Source: an uncultured Methanobacteriaceae archaeon (lineage in GTDB: Archaea > Methanobacteriota > Methanobacteria > Methanobacteriales > Methanobacteriaceae). Taken from it: a stretch of 64,000 bases of DNA. The stretch spans positions 2,122,328 to 2,186,327 of the forward strand of contig OY969779.1 of the NCBI GenBank assembly GCA_963703015.1, written 5' to 3'. The position numbers and the translations under genes are program-made. This document shows positions 19,793 to 29,003 of this stretch, one piece after another; positions within the stretch are counted from its first letter, which is position 1; each line of letters starts with the position of its first letter. Below the pieces are notes generated by a model. The model made no database searches and was not told the DNA's origin. It saw only the letters and a list, made by a program, of their open reading frames with translations.

Positions 19793-19918
19793 ATGCCAAA
19801 GAAAACTGAAAAAAAACAAGTATACAATAAACCTATATTAAAAAAATATGGAGATATCACTAAACTCACATTAGGACCTGATGGATTCGGTGGAGATAAA
19901 GATGGTGGTAGTGGGTAA
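19793..19918 (+). CDS. Lasso peptide precursor (41 aa): leader MPKKTEKKQVYNKPILKKYGDITKLTL, core GPDGFGGDKDGGSG
   Basis: Hand translated; not in the ORF track. Has Y-x-x-P-x-L-x-x-x-G leader motif, Thr at -2, Gly at +1 and Asp at +8. GGGGT RBS upstream. Lies between the cyclase and the ABC transporter. Confidence 0.88.
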   Translation: MPKKTEKKQVYNKPILKKYGDITKLTLGPDGFGGDKDGGSG

Positions 19919-20055
19919 GAATAAAAAATTGTTTAAATACTTCACTTCGAAGTTTTTTGAATAGTAGATTCATACTCAATATACTAATAAAAATTTATTT
20001 TAATGGGCATCGCTTTATTGAATTATTTGTTCGTACTTATTTTTTATAAATTGAT

Positions 20056-21873
20056 TTGTTGGTGAAAATGATCATAAATACATTTAAAAAAAGTCTAATG
20101 AATCAATACTTAACTAATCTTATAAAATTATTGAAAAAAAAAGTTTCATATTCTCTAATTTTGATGGTTTTAATAAGTTTAACAGAGGGATTTAGTTTAA
20201 TATTGTTAATCCCTTTACTTCAACTGATTGGTATAGATATGGGCTCGGGATCTGTAAACCAAATCGGGGGATATATTTCTATTTTTTTTAATGCTCTTGG
20301 ATTGAAACCTTCCTTGATTTTAGTTCTTATCATATATGTTTTGGTGATAAGTGTAATAGCTATTTTAAATAGAATGCAAAACGTCATCACAGCAGATATT
20401 CAATATCAATTTGCAGCCGATATGCGAATCAATTTGTATAAATCTATTACAAATTCCAATTGGCTTTTCTTCTCAAGGATGAAATCATCTAACTTTGCAC
20501 ATGCCTTGACTAACGAAATAGAAAGGGTGAGCATTGGAACTGGACAGTTCTTAACTTTATTAGCAAGCATAATGATTTTGTTAGTGTATATTATTTTTGC
20601 ACTTAAACTAGCTGGTTTAATTACTGGAGTTATATTCATTGTGGGAGTAATAATTTTGCTAATATTGAGAAAAAAGATTAATAGTTCCAGAACTAAAGGT
20701 GAACATGTTACAACCACTACACAAGATTTATACTCGTCTATAATTCAGCAATTAAATGGCATGAAAACAATTAAGAGTTTTGGCATGGAAGAAGAAAATA
20801 TTAAAATATTTTCTAAACAAACTGATCAAGTAGCACAAACTTACCTTGATACGATTCAAAGTTATGCTGATGTAAAATTACTATTTGACGTTGGAACTGT
20901 GGTCATACTTTCTATTATTGTGTGGCTTTTGATTGAAGTTGTGAACATATCCACTGTAACCCTACTTATTTTAATTTATTTATTTGTGAGAATGATCCCA
21001 CAATTTTCAATAATACAAAGAAGTTATCAATATTTTATAAGCATCCTACCTGCATATAATAATGTAATAACTCTTGAAAAAGAGTGCATCGAAAAAACAG
21101 ATATTAAAGGGCAAGTTAACGACAAAATAAAGTTAAATAACTCAATAACTTTTAATAATGTTTCATTTTCATATTCTAAATCAAATTATTTTTCAATGGA
21201 AAATTTAAACCTTAAAATAAACGCAGGCAAAACAATAGCAATAGTGGGACCTTCTGGTTCTGGAAAAACAACAATTGCAGACATGATTATGGGACTCATT
21301 TTTCCTGAGGAAGGTGAGTTGAAAGTTGATGATCTTACTTTATCTCCAGAACTACTTAGAATCTGGAGAAATCAAATTGGATATGTATCTCAAGAAACTT
21401 TTCTATTTAATGAAAGTATAAGATCTAATCTGATTCTAGCAAATCCCAATGCTACGGATGAAGAGATAATAGAATCTTTAAAATTAGCATCTGCATACCG
21501 ATTTGTTAATAATCTACATGAAGGTTTAGAAACTAATATTGGTGATTTAGGAGTTAAATTATCTGGTGGAGAAAGACAAAGATTAGCATTAGCTCGTGCC
21601 TTACTCAGAAAACCATCTATTTTAATATTAGATGAAGCTACAAGTAACTTAGATTCAGAAAATGAGACAAAAATTATGGAATCACTTGATGAGATTCATG
21701 GTGACATTACAATATTAATAATAGCACACAGGTTGTCCACAATTAAAAATGCCGATTATGTCTACTTAATTGATAAGGGTCGTATTTTGGAATATGGGAC
21801 TAAGGAAAAACTATTAAAAAATGATGAAGGACAATTCAAGTCCATTTATAATTCACAAGGTTTGTATGAATAA
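20056..21873 (+). CDS. ABC exporter, fused TMD-NBD (lasso D-type)
   Basis: N-terminal TM helices, then GPSGSGKT, LSGGERQR, ILILDEATS and IAHRL. No C39 peptidase domain. Confidence 0.92.
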   Translation: MLVKMIINTFKKSLMNQYLTNLIKLLKKKVSYSLILMVLISLTEGFSLILLIPLLQLIGIDMGSGSVNQIGGYISIFFNALGLKPSLILVLIIYVLVISVIAILNRMQNVITADIQYQFAADMRINLYKSITNSNWLFFSRMKSSNFAHALTNEIERVSIGTGQFLTLLASIMILLVYIIFALKLAGLITGVIFIVGVIILLILRKKINSSRTKGEHVTTTTQDLYSSIIQQLNGMKTIKSFGMEEENIKIFSKQTDQVAQTYLDTIQSYADVKLLFDVGTVVILSIIVWLLIEVVNISTVTLLILIYLFVRMIPQFSIIQRSYQYFISILPAYNNVITLEKECIEKTDIKGQVNDKIKLNNSITFNNVSFSYSKSNYFSMENLNLKINAGKTIAIVGPSGSGKTTIADMIMGLIFPEEGELKVDDLTLSPELLRIWRNQIGYVSQETFLFNESIRSNLILANPNATDEEIIESLKLASAYRFVNNLHEGLETNIGDLGVKLSGGERQRLALARALLRKPSILILDEATSNLDSENETKIMESLDEIHGDITILIIAHRLSTIKNADYVYLIDKGRILEYGTKEKLLKNDEGQFKSIYNSQGLYE

Positions 21874-21895
21874 ATTTTGATTTAAATTATGAGAA

Positions 21896-22312
21896 TTATA
21901 TCAAGTTACCACTGGCATTGATTTTCAAATCATATTTAATTATATTATGGCTGGTGTCCGGAAAATCTATATAAATTCTTGAAACTCCTTTAGCCGGAAT
22001 TGAAGGCGGGGTTAGATGGGGAGTATCGTTGGTAGCAATAACGTTTCCTTGAGTATCATAGGCTGTTGCAATTATTTTTACATTTAAAGCATCATTCGAA
22101 TTGTTATTAACTAGATATCCTCTTATATAATAATATTCAACTCCGTCTGTTCCATTGTAAGTTCCGGATGTAGTATTGTTTGAAAGATAAATTGAATCTT
22201 CTGAAAAGATTTTTTCTCCAAAAGTTCCATTGGGTGCTGTTTTGGTGGTACAACCAGAAATAGCAACTGAAACAATTAGTAAAAGTGTTACACAGATAAA
22301 TTTTTTAAACAT
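21896..22312 (-). CDS. Small lipoprotein (FxLYD-like Ig domain)
   Basis: Lipobox-like ISGC and YIRGYLVN...NVKIIATAYD..GNVI...L.P..IPA. Confidence 0.65.
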   Translation of the reverse strand: MFKKFICVTLLLIVSVAISGCTTKTAPNGTFGEKIFSEDSIYLSNNTTSGTYNGTDGVEYYYIRGYLVNNNSNDALNVKIIATAYDTQGNVIATNDTPHLTPPSIPAKGVSRIYIDFPDTSHNIIKYDLKINASGNLI

Positions 22313-22335
22313 TTAAGCACCGTTATGAAGTTTAA

Positions 22336-22365
22336 TTGATTATGAATTCCTTGATTATGAATTCC
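22336..22365. repeat. Perfect 15-bp tandem duplication (TTGATTATGAATTCC x2) in a divergent intergenic region
   Basis: Read directly at 22336-22350 and 22351-22365. Confidence 0.9.
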
Positions 22366-22423
22366 AAATTTAATTAAATTATTGTTGGAAAGATATATTT
22401 AATTATATTTCATAATTATAAAA

Positions 22424-23509
22424 ATGTTATATTTAAATAATAATAACTGTTCTAATTTTACTAATGAAGAAGAACTTCTATTATTATGTGCAAGAGAACA
22501 AATTAATAAAGATCATAGAATTAAACTAAGAAATCTTTTGGAAAACGATATAAATTGGGATTATTTACTTAAATTGGCAGCAAAACACAAAATTAAACCC
22601 CTTGTTTATAGTAGCTTAAAAACATTGGATAAAAATAAGATTCCAAAAGAAGTTTTCATAGAATTAGAATCCCATTTTATTAGAAACTTACAAAAAAATT
22701 TGATGTATTTAGGACATTTATATAACATCTTAAAATTATTCCATAATAATAAAATCAAATCTATTCCGTATAAAGGGCCGGTTTTAGCTTTAAATGCCTA
22801 TGGAAATTTAGGATTACGCGAATTTGTGGATCTGGATATATTTGTTCAAAAAAAGGACATAGTGCGCGCAAAAAACGTTCTTGTTTCAAATGGGTACATT
22901 AGTTATATCAAAAATTCAGGGTTTAAAGAAAATATTTATTACCAATTTCATAGGGACATGTTATTTTTTGATAGCAAACGTAATGTAAATATTGAAATTC
23001 AATGGAATTTCATTGGACAGTCATTCACATACAATGGGAATGTATTCAAAAATCCTAAAAACATCCATTCTACAAAATTAAACAATAAAGAAATTTTTAG
23101 TCTTTCATCAGAAGACATGCTTTTAATTTTATGTATTCATGCTTCAGGCCATTTATGGGAACAGATATCTTGGATATGTGATATTGTTGTATTCATTAAT
23201 GTCAACAAGATAAACTGGACTAGTCTCATTAAAAAAAGTAAAATATTAGGTTTTAATCGAATATTAAATATAAACCTTCTCTTATCAATGGAATTGTTTG
23301 ATTTGAAAATTCCAAACGAATTTTCAGAATTAATATCCAATGATGAATACTCTAAAAAATTGGTCTCAGATATTATAAAAATCCTTTTTCAAAGTGAAAG
23401 CTCAGGAAGAAGAAATTTTTACCTTTTTAAGATGCGTTACAAACTTAGGGAGAATCCCGTTCAAGGATTTAAAGATTTTATCAAAATAATAGTTTCAAAC
23501 TTGATATAG
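22424..23509 (+). CDS. Nucleotidyltransferase family protein (NTP_transf_5-like, lasso-cluster type)
   Basis: Motifs YKGPVLA..AYG..GLREFVDLDIFV, IEIQWN and EDMLLILCIHASGH.W...W.CD. Confidence 0.82.
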   Translation: MLYLNNNNCSNFTNEEELLLLCAREQINKDHRIKLRNLLENDINWDYLLKLAAKHKIKPLVYSSLKTLDKNKIPKEVFIELESHFIRNLQKNLMYLGHLYNILKLFHNNKIKSIPYKGPVLALNAYGNLGLREFVDLDIFVQKKDIVRAKNVLVSNGYISYIKNSGFKENIYYQFHRDMLFFDSKRNVNIEIQWNFIGQSFTYNGNVFKNPKNIHSTKLNNKEIFSLSSEDMLLILCIHASGHLWEQISWICDIVVFINVNKINWTSLIKKSKILGFNRILNINLLLSMELFDLKIPNEFSELISNDEYSKKLVSDIIKILFQSESSGRRNFYLFKMRYKLRENPVQGFKDFIKIIVSNLI

Positions 23510-23665
23510 ATACATAGTAACATAAATATTATTAAAACCTTTAATATAAATTTATAATAAATATTTGAAGATAAAACTATTTTATATTTTATTATTTGGT
23601 GAATGCCAAATTAAAGAATGTTTGATATTTTATTGGAGTTATCCTAATGAATTTGGAGAATTTAA

Positions 23666-24607
23666 ATGGAAAATGATAAAATATTGGTAACTGGTGGGGC
23701 CGGATTTATTGGAACAAATCTGGTGAATGAATTGAAAAATAGGGGACATGAAGTTGTTGCTGTTGATTTAGTAAATACTGATAATACAGATTATGTTCGA
23801 GCAGATGTAAAGAATTATAGACAACTTGAAAATGTTTTCGATTCCAACAAATTTGACTATGTGTACCACCTTGCTGCAGAATATGGTAGATGGAATGGTG
23901 AAGCATATTATGAAAATCTATGGCAAACCAACGTCGTAGGAACGAAACACATGCTTCGTTTACAAGAAAAATTAGGTTTTCGAATGATATTTTTTTCATC
24001 AGCTGAAGTATATGGGGATTACAATGGTGTCATGAGTGAAGATGTCATGGAAAAGAATTCAATTAAAGACACTTATCAAATGAATGATTATGCAATAAGT
24101 AAATGGGCTGGAGAACTTATGTGTATGAATTCTGCTACCATGTTCGATACTGAAACAGTTAGGGTGAGACCAGTCAATTGTTACGGTCCAGAAGAACATT
24201 ACACTCCTTATAGGGGATTTATTCCATTATTTATTTACCTGGCATTGTTTGGTAAACCATATAATGTGTACAAAGGGCATAAAAGAATAATAGATTACGT
24301 TGAGGATACCGTTAAAACATTTGCAAATATTTTGGATAATTTTAAACCGGGAGAATCGTATAATGTTGGCGGAAAACAAGAATGGGAAAGGGAAATAAAG
24401 GATTATTCTGATTTAATATTAGATGCTGTTGGAGTGGATGATTCAATAGTAACTTACCATGATGCAGAACCATTCACAACTCAAGTTAAAACAATAGATT
24501 TTTCCAAGTCAATTAAAGATTTAAAGCATGATCCGAAGGTAACTCCTGAAGAAGGAATAAAGAGGACAGTTGAATGGATGAAATGGTATTATAGGATTGG
24601 TGAATAA
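23666..24607 (+). CDS. NAD-dependent epimerase/dehydratase
   Basis: Motifs TGGAGFIG, HLAA, SSAEVYG and YAISK. Confidence 0.9.
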   Translation: MENDKILVTGGAGFIGTNLVNELKNRGHEVVAVDLVNTDNTDYVRADVKNYRQLENVFDSNKFDYVYHLAAEYGRWNGEAYYENLWQTNVVGTKHMLRLQEKLGFRMIFFSSAEVYGDYNGVMSEDVMEKNSIKDTYQMNDYAISKWAGELMCMNSATMFDTETVRVRPVNCYGPEEHYTPYRGFIPLFIYLALFGKPYNVYKGHKRIIDYVEDTVKTFANILDNFKPGESYNVGGKQEWEREIKDYSDLILDAVGVDDSIVTYHDAEPFTTQVKTIDFSKSIKDLKHDPKVTPEEGIKRTVEWMKWYYRIGE

Positions 24608-24609
24608 AT

Positions 24610-25602
24610 TTGAAGTTTTCAGATTACAGTGGAAAGACAATATTAGTTACTGGGGGTGCGGGTTGTGTTGGTAGTAACCTTTGTAAAACACTCTCCGAAT
24701 TGGATGCTGCTAACATATTAATATTTGACAACCTTTCATCTGCATACGAATGGAACATGCCTAAAGCAGATAACATAAAATTCGTGAAGGGAGATATATT
24801 AAACGATGAAGACCTGAAAAGAGTTTTTAAGGAAAAACCGGATTATGTGTTTCATTTAGCTGCTCATTTTGCTAACCAAAATTCTGTTGACAACCCTGAA
24901 AAGGATTTAATGGTTAATGGTATTGGTATTTTGAAAGTTTTAGAGTATGCTCAGTTAGTTAATGTTGATAGATTCGTATATTCCTCATCTGGCTGTGGAG
25001 TTTATGGTTTGGATTCAAAAATGCCTTTCAGAGAGCATGATATTTCAATTAATTTACACACACCTTATCAAGTCACGAAACTGTTAGGTGAGCTATACAC
25101 CAATTATTTCCATAATCTTTATGATCTGCCCGTTGTTAATGCTCGATTTTTCAATGTATTTGGTCCTGGTGAAGTTCCTGGAAAATATCGTAATGTAATT
25201 CCCAACTTTTTTTATTGGGCTATGAATGGGCAGCCATTACCCATAACTGGAGATGGTACTGAAACTAGAGATTGGACATTTGTTGAGGATATTGTTGAGG
25301 GTTTACTTTCGATGGGTGTGTTTGAGAACGCTATTGGTGAAGCAATAAATTTGGGTTCATCTCATGAAACTCGAGTTGGGGATATGGCTGAGATGGTAAA
25401 TCAGTTAACAAACAATAGATCTGGAATTAAATATACAGAAAGACGTGATTGGGATGCTAAAACATGTTTGTTGTCTTCCATTGACAAAGCATCTGATATT
25501 TTGGGGTATAAACCTGAAATCAAATTTGAAGAAGGTATGGAAAAAACTCATAAATGGTTTGTTGATAATTGGGAAAATATCAATAGGAGTGCTGAGTTTT
25601 GA
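24610..25602 (+). CDS. NAD-dependent epimerase/dehydratase
   Basis: Motifs TGGAGCVG, HLAA, YQVTK, RFFNVFGP and GDGTETRD. Confidence 0.9.
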   Translation: MKFSDYSGKTILVTGGAGCVGSNLCKTLSELDAANILIFDNLSSAYEWNMPKADNIKFVKGDILNDEDLKRVFKEKPDYVFHLAAHFANQNSVDNPEKDLMVNGIGILKVLEYAQLVNVDRFVYSSSGCGVYGLDSKMPFREHDISINLHTPYQVTKLLGELYTNYFHNLYDLPVVNARFFNVFGPGEVPGKYRNVIPNFFYWAMNGQPLPITGDGTETRDWTFVEDIVEGLLSMGVFENAIGEAINLGSSHETRVGDMAEMVNQLTNNRSGIKYTERRDWDAKTCLLSSIDKASDILGYKPEIKFEEGMEKTHKWFVDNWENINRSAEF

Positions 25603-26756
25603 AAATACTGGTTGTACAGGAATCAGATTGGATTAAACGCAACCCTCATCAACAACATCATCTTATGGAACGATTATCGATGAGGGGACATGATATTCGA
25701 GTAATTGATTATCCAATTGATTTCAAAGAAGAAAAGGGCTTGATCCATAGAAGGAAAGTCACAAAAGATTATAAAAAGATTCATACTGATGCCAATATAC
25801 AAGTGATAAGTCCAAGTATTTTGAAGATCCCATATTTGGTTTATCCTTCATTGTTATTTAGTCATAATCGTGAAATTCATCGTCAAATTAAAGAATATAA
25901 ACCAGATATAATAATCGGTTTTGGAATAATCAACACTTACTTGGCATCCAGAATAGCCAAAAAGGAAAAAATACCCTTCATTTACTATTGGATTGATGTT
26001 TTGCACATGCTTATTCCGGATAAGGGTTTTGAAAATATTGGGGAATATTTAGAAAGGTTGACAATTAAAAATTCAGATTTGGTTCTAACAATCAATCATA
26101 AATTGGAAGAAGTAGTAAAAAATTTAGGGGCCAAAAATACTGGTGTTATAGGTGCGGGAATTGATCTAGATAAATTCGATCATAATTTAGATGGATCAGA
26201 ACTTAGAAAAAATTTAGGTATAAAAGAAGATGAAAAAGTTTTATTTTTTATGGGTTTTTTATATCACTTTTCAGGACTTAAAGAAATTATATTGGAAATT
26301 TCAAATGTTGAGCATCTGAATTTCAAACTCTTAATAGTAGGTGATGGGGAGGCTTATTCAGATCTAAAAAAAACAATTGAAAAGTATAAACTAGAAGACA
26401 AAGTTTTCTTAGTAGGTCGTAAAGATTATAAAGAAATACCAAAGTATATAGCAGCTTCAGATATCTGTATTTTACCTGCTGATCCTAATGAAAGGATAAT
26501 GCAAGATATTGTTCCAATAAAATTATATGAATATATGGCCATGAGTAAACCTGTGATAACAACGAAACTCCCTGGAATTATGATGGAATTTGGTGAGGAA
26601 AATGGAATACACTATGTTGACAAACCTTCAGATGTTCTAGATAAGGTATATAATATTGATGTTAATGATGAAGGAAGAAAATCACACAAATTTGCTAAAA
26701 AAAATGATTGGATAAAGATCACGGATGAATTTGAAAAATCTTTAAAGATAAAATAA
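25599..26756 (+). CDS. GT4 glycosyltransferase
   Basis: GT-B fold with FMGFL, IVGDG and PIKLYEYMAMSKPVI. Confidence 0.85.
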   Translation: MKILVVQESDWIKRNPHQQHHLMERLSMRGHDIRVIDYPIDFKEEKGLIHRRKVTKDYKKIHTDANIQVISPSILKIPYLVYPSLLFSHNREIHRQIKEYKPDIIIGFGIINTYLASRIAKKEKIPFIYYWIDVLHMLIPDKGFENIGEYLERLTIKNSDLVLTINHKLEEVVKNLGAKNTGVIGAGIDLDKFDHNLDGSELRKNLGIKEDEKVLFFMGFLYHFSGLKEIILEISNVEHLNFKLLIVGDGEAYSDLKKTIEKYKLEDKVFLVGRKDYKEIPKYIAASDICILPADPNERIMQDIVPIKLYEYMAMSKPVITTKLPGIMMEFGEENGIHYVDKPSDVLDKVYNIDVNDEGRKSHKFAKKNDWIKITDEFEKSLKIK

Positions 26757-26769
26757 TGGGGAATTTTTA

Positions 26770-27823
26770 ATGGAAAAACTTCTAGTGGGTATCGTGGGAT
26801 GTGGATTGATTTCTAAATTAAGACATATTCCTTCTTATAAAAGTATTAAAAATGTGGAATTAGTTGCAGTGTGTGATTTAAATGAAGAATTAGCTAAAAG
26901 AACTGCTAAAGAATTTAATATACCTAGATATTATACTGATGCCAAAAAAATGTTTGAATATGAAAATTTGGATATTGTTGACATTTGTGTTCCTCCACAG
27001 ATACATGCACCTATAGCAATTGATGCTATGGAAAGTGGATCACATGTAATAATGGAAAAACCCATGGCAACAAAGGTTTCTGACTGTGAAGAAATGATCA
27101 GAACATCCAAAGATAATGAAGTAAAATTATCAATTGTGCACAATGATCTATTTCATCCTCCTTTTATAAAAGCTAAAGAAATGTATGAAAATGGTGAAAT
27201 TGGAGAATTTCGAGGAATGAAAATATTTTTGTCCACACCCAAACAAGATATGTTGGATCTGAAAGATTATTGGTATCATAAGCTTCCTGGAGGGGTTATT
27301 GGTGAAACAGGTCCCCACATATCGTATATGTCATTACAGTTTCTGAAAAATATACAAAATGTTGATGTATTTGCAAAGAATTTTTTAAATTATTCTTGGG
27401 CTCCTTATGACGACTTTAGAGTTGAAATTGAGGGACAAAATGGATTTAGTTCGGTTGCTTTATCTTATACAACTAATTACTGGGCTGCAACAGTAGATAT
27501 TATCGGATCTGATGCTTTGTTACAAATAGATCTAAATTCTATGACTATCATTAAGCATGATTTAAATGAGTTAAGTTATGTTCCTATTGCTAAACAGACT
27601 TTAGGATCGGTAGGTCAAAAATTGGGTAATACCATATCAAAAGCAGCTAATGTTGTGTCAGGAAGACAAAAAAATTGGCACTGAATTAGTAATCGAAAAG
27701 TATGTGGAAAGCATTTTAAATGGAACCCCACTTCCTGTAACTCCTGAAGAAGGTCTAGAAACTACAAAATTGATGGAGATAGTTGTAGCCACTTTTGAAG
27801 AAAAATATTTATCAAGTGAATAA
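26770..27823 (+). pseudogene. Gfo/Idh/MocA oxidoreductase interrupted by a +1 frameshift at an A7 tract (27668-27674)
   Basis: The ORF-track product 26770..27684 (GIVGCG, VAVCD, EKPMA) lacks the C-terminus. The +1 frame continues KIGTELVIEKYVESILNGTPLPVTPEEGLETTKLMEIVV...SE to TAA 27821-27823, 1 nt before the next ATG. Confidence 0.75.
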
Positions 27824-27824
27824 T

Positions 27825-29003
27825 ATGAAAATATTACAAGTTTCTAACTCTTTTAAACCAGCATGGGAGACAGGCGGCACAACTAGGGTTGTATACGATA
27901 TATCACATCAATTGGCTAATCTAGGACATGAGATAACTGTTTATACAACTGATAGGGGTCAAGAGCGTGTTAAAATTCAGAAAAATAGTTCAGTTGTTGT
28001 TGACAACTTTGTTGTGTATTATTTCAGAAATATCTCCAACTATTTAGCAATGAAATTGAATATTGTGACTCCATATTACTTATTTTTCGCAGCGAGAAAA
28101 CAAATAAAAAAATTTGATGTAATACACATCCATGAACATAGAACTTTTTTAGCGGTGGTAGTAGCATATTTTGCAAGAAGATATAATGTACCATATATGG
28201 TACAAGCACATGGTTCTGTAATGCCATTTTATCAAAAAACATTAATTAAAAAAATATTTGATAAGTTATGGGGCAACAATATTTTAAATGGTGCTTCCAA
28301 AGTCATTGCTTTAACTAAAATAGAATCTCAACAATATGAAAAAATGGGAATTGATGAGACGAGAATTGAAATTATTCCTAATGGGATAAATTTATTTGAA
28401 TATAAAAAATTACCAATCAAAGGTAAATTTAGAAAAAAATATGATATTAAAGATGATGAAAAAATTATTTTATATTTAGGAAGATTAAATCGGATAAAAG
28501 GGATAGATGTGCTATTAGAGGCTTTTTCTGATCTATTAATTGATACAAAAAATGTTAAACTTGTTATTGCAGGTCCTGATGATGGATTACTTAAACTTTT
28601 ATTGGAATTATCAATTAAATTAAAACTCGATGATAAAATTATATTTACTGGGCCCATTTATGATCTGAACAAAATTGAAGCTTATATAGACGCAAATGTC
28701 TATGTTTTACCTTCTGTTTATGAAACATTTCCCAATACTGTAATTGAATCATGTGCATGTGGTACTCCAGTGATCATAACGGATAGATGTGGTATTTCAA
28801 ATTTGATTAAAAATAATGTGGGATGTATAGTGACATTAGATAAAGAATCTTTGAGGCAGGCTTTAAAATGTATGTTGGAAAATGAACAATTTCATAATAA
28901 AATGGCTAATAATTGTAAAAATTTTGTAAATTCAGAATTTAATTTAAAAAATACTATGCATAAATTGGAAAGCATTTATTCCCTTAGTGATGAATTTGAT
29001 TAA
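27825..29003 (+). CDS. GT4 glycosyltransferase
   Basis: Motifs MKILQV, GG, HIH, HG, IPNG, YLGRL...KG and ETFPNTVIES.ACGTPVI. Start moved from TTG 27795 to ATG 27825. Confidence 0.88.
   Translation: MKILQVSNSFKPAWETGGTTRVVYDISHQLANLGHEITVYTTDRGQERVKIQKNSSVVVDNFVVYYFRNISNYLAMKLNIVTPYYLFFAARKQIKKFDVIHIHEHRTFLAVVVAYFARRYNVPYMVQAHGSVMPFYQKTLIKKIFDKLWGNNILNGASKVIALTKIESQQYEKMGIDETRIEIIPNGINLFEYKKLPIKGKFRKKYDIKDDEKIILYLGRLNRIKGIDVLLEAFSDLLIDTKNVKLVIAGPDDGLLKLLLELSIKLKLDDKIIFTGPIYDLNKIEAYIDANVYVLPSVYETFPNTVIESCACGTPVIITDRCGISNLIKNNVGCIVTLDKESLRQALKCMLENEQFHNKMANNCKNFVNSEFNLKNTMHKLESIYSLSDEFD

Noticed and set aside
19785-19841. Alternative short ORF from the upstream ATG (MDICQRKLKKNKYTINLY)
   Set aside because: It is 18 aa with no motif and overlaps the RBS of the motif-bearing 41-aa precursor frame.
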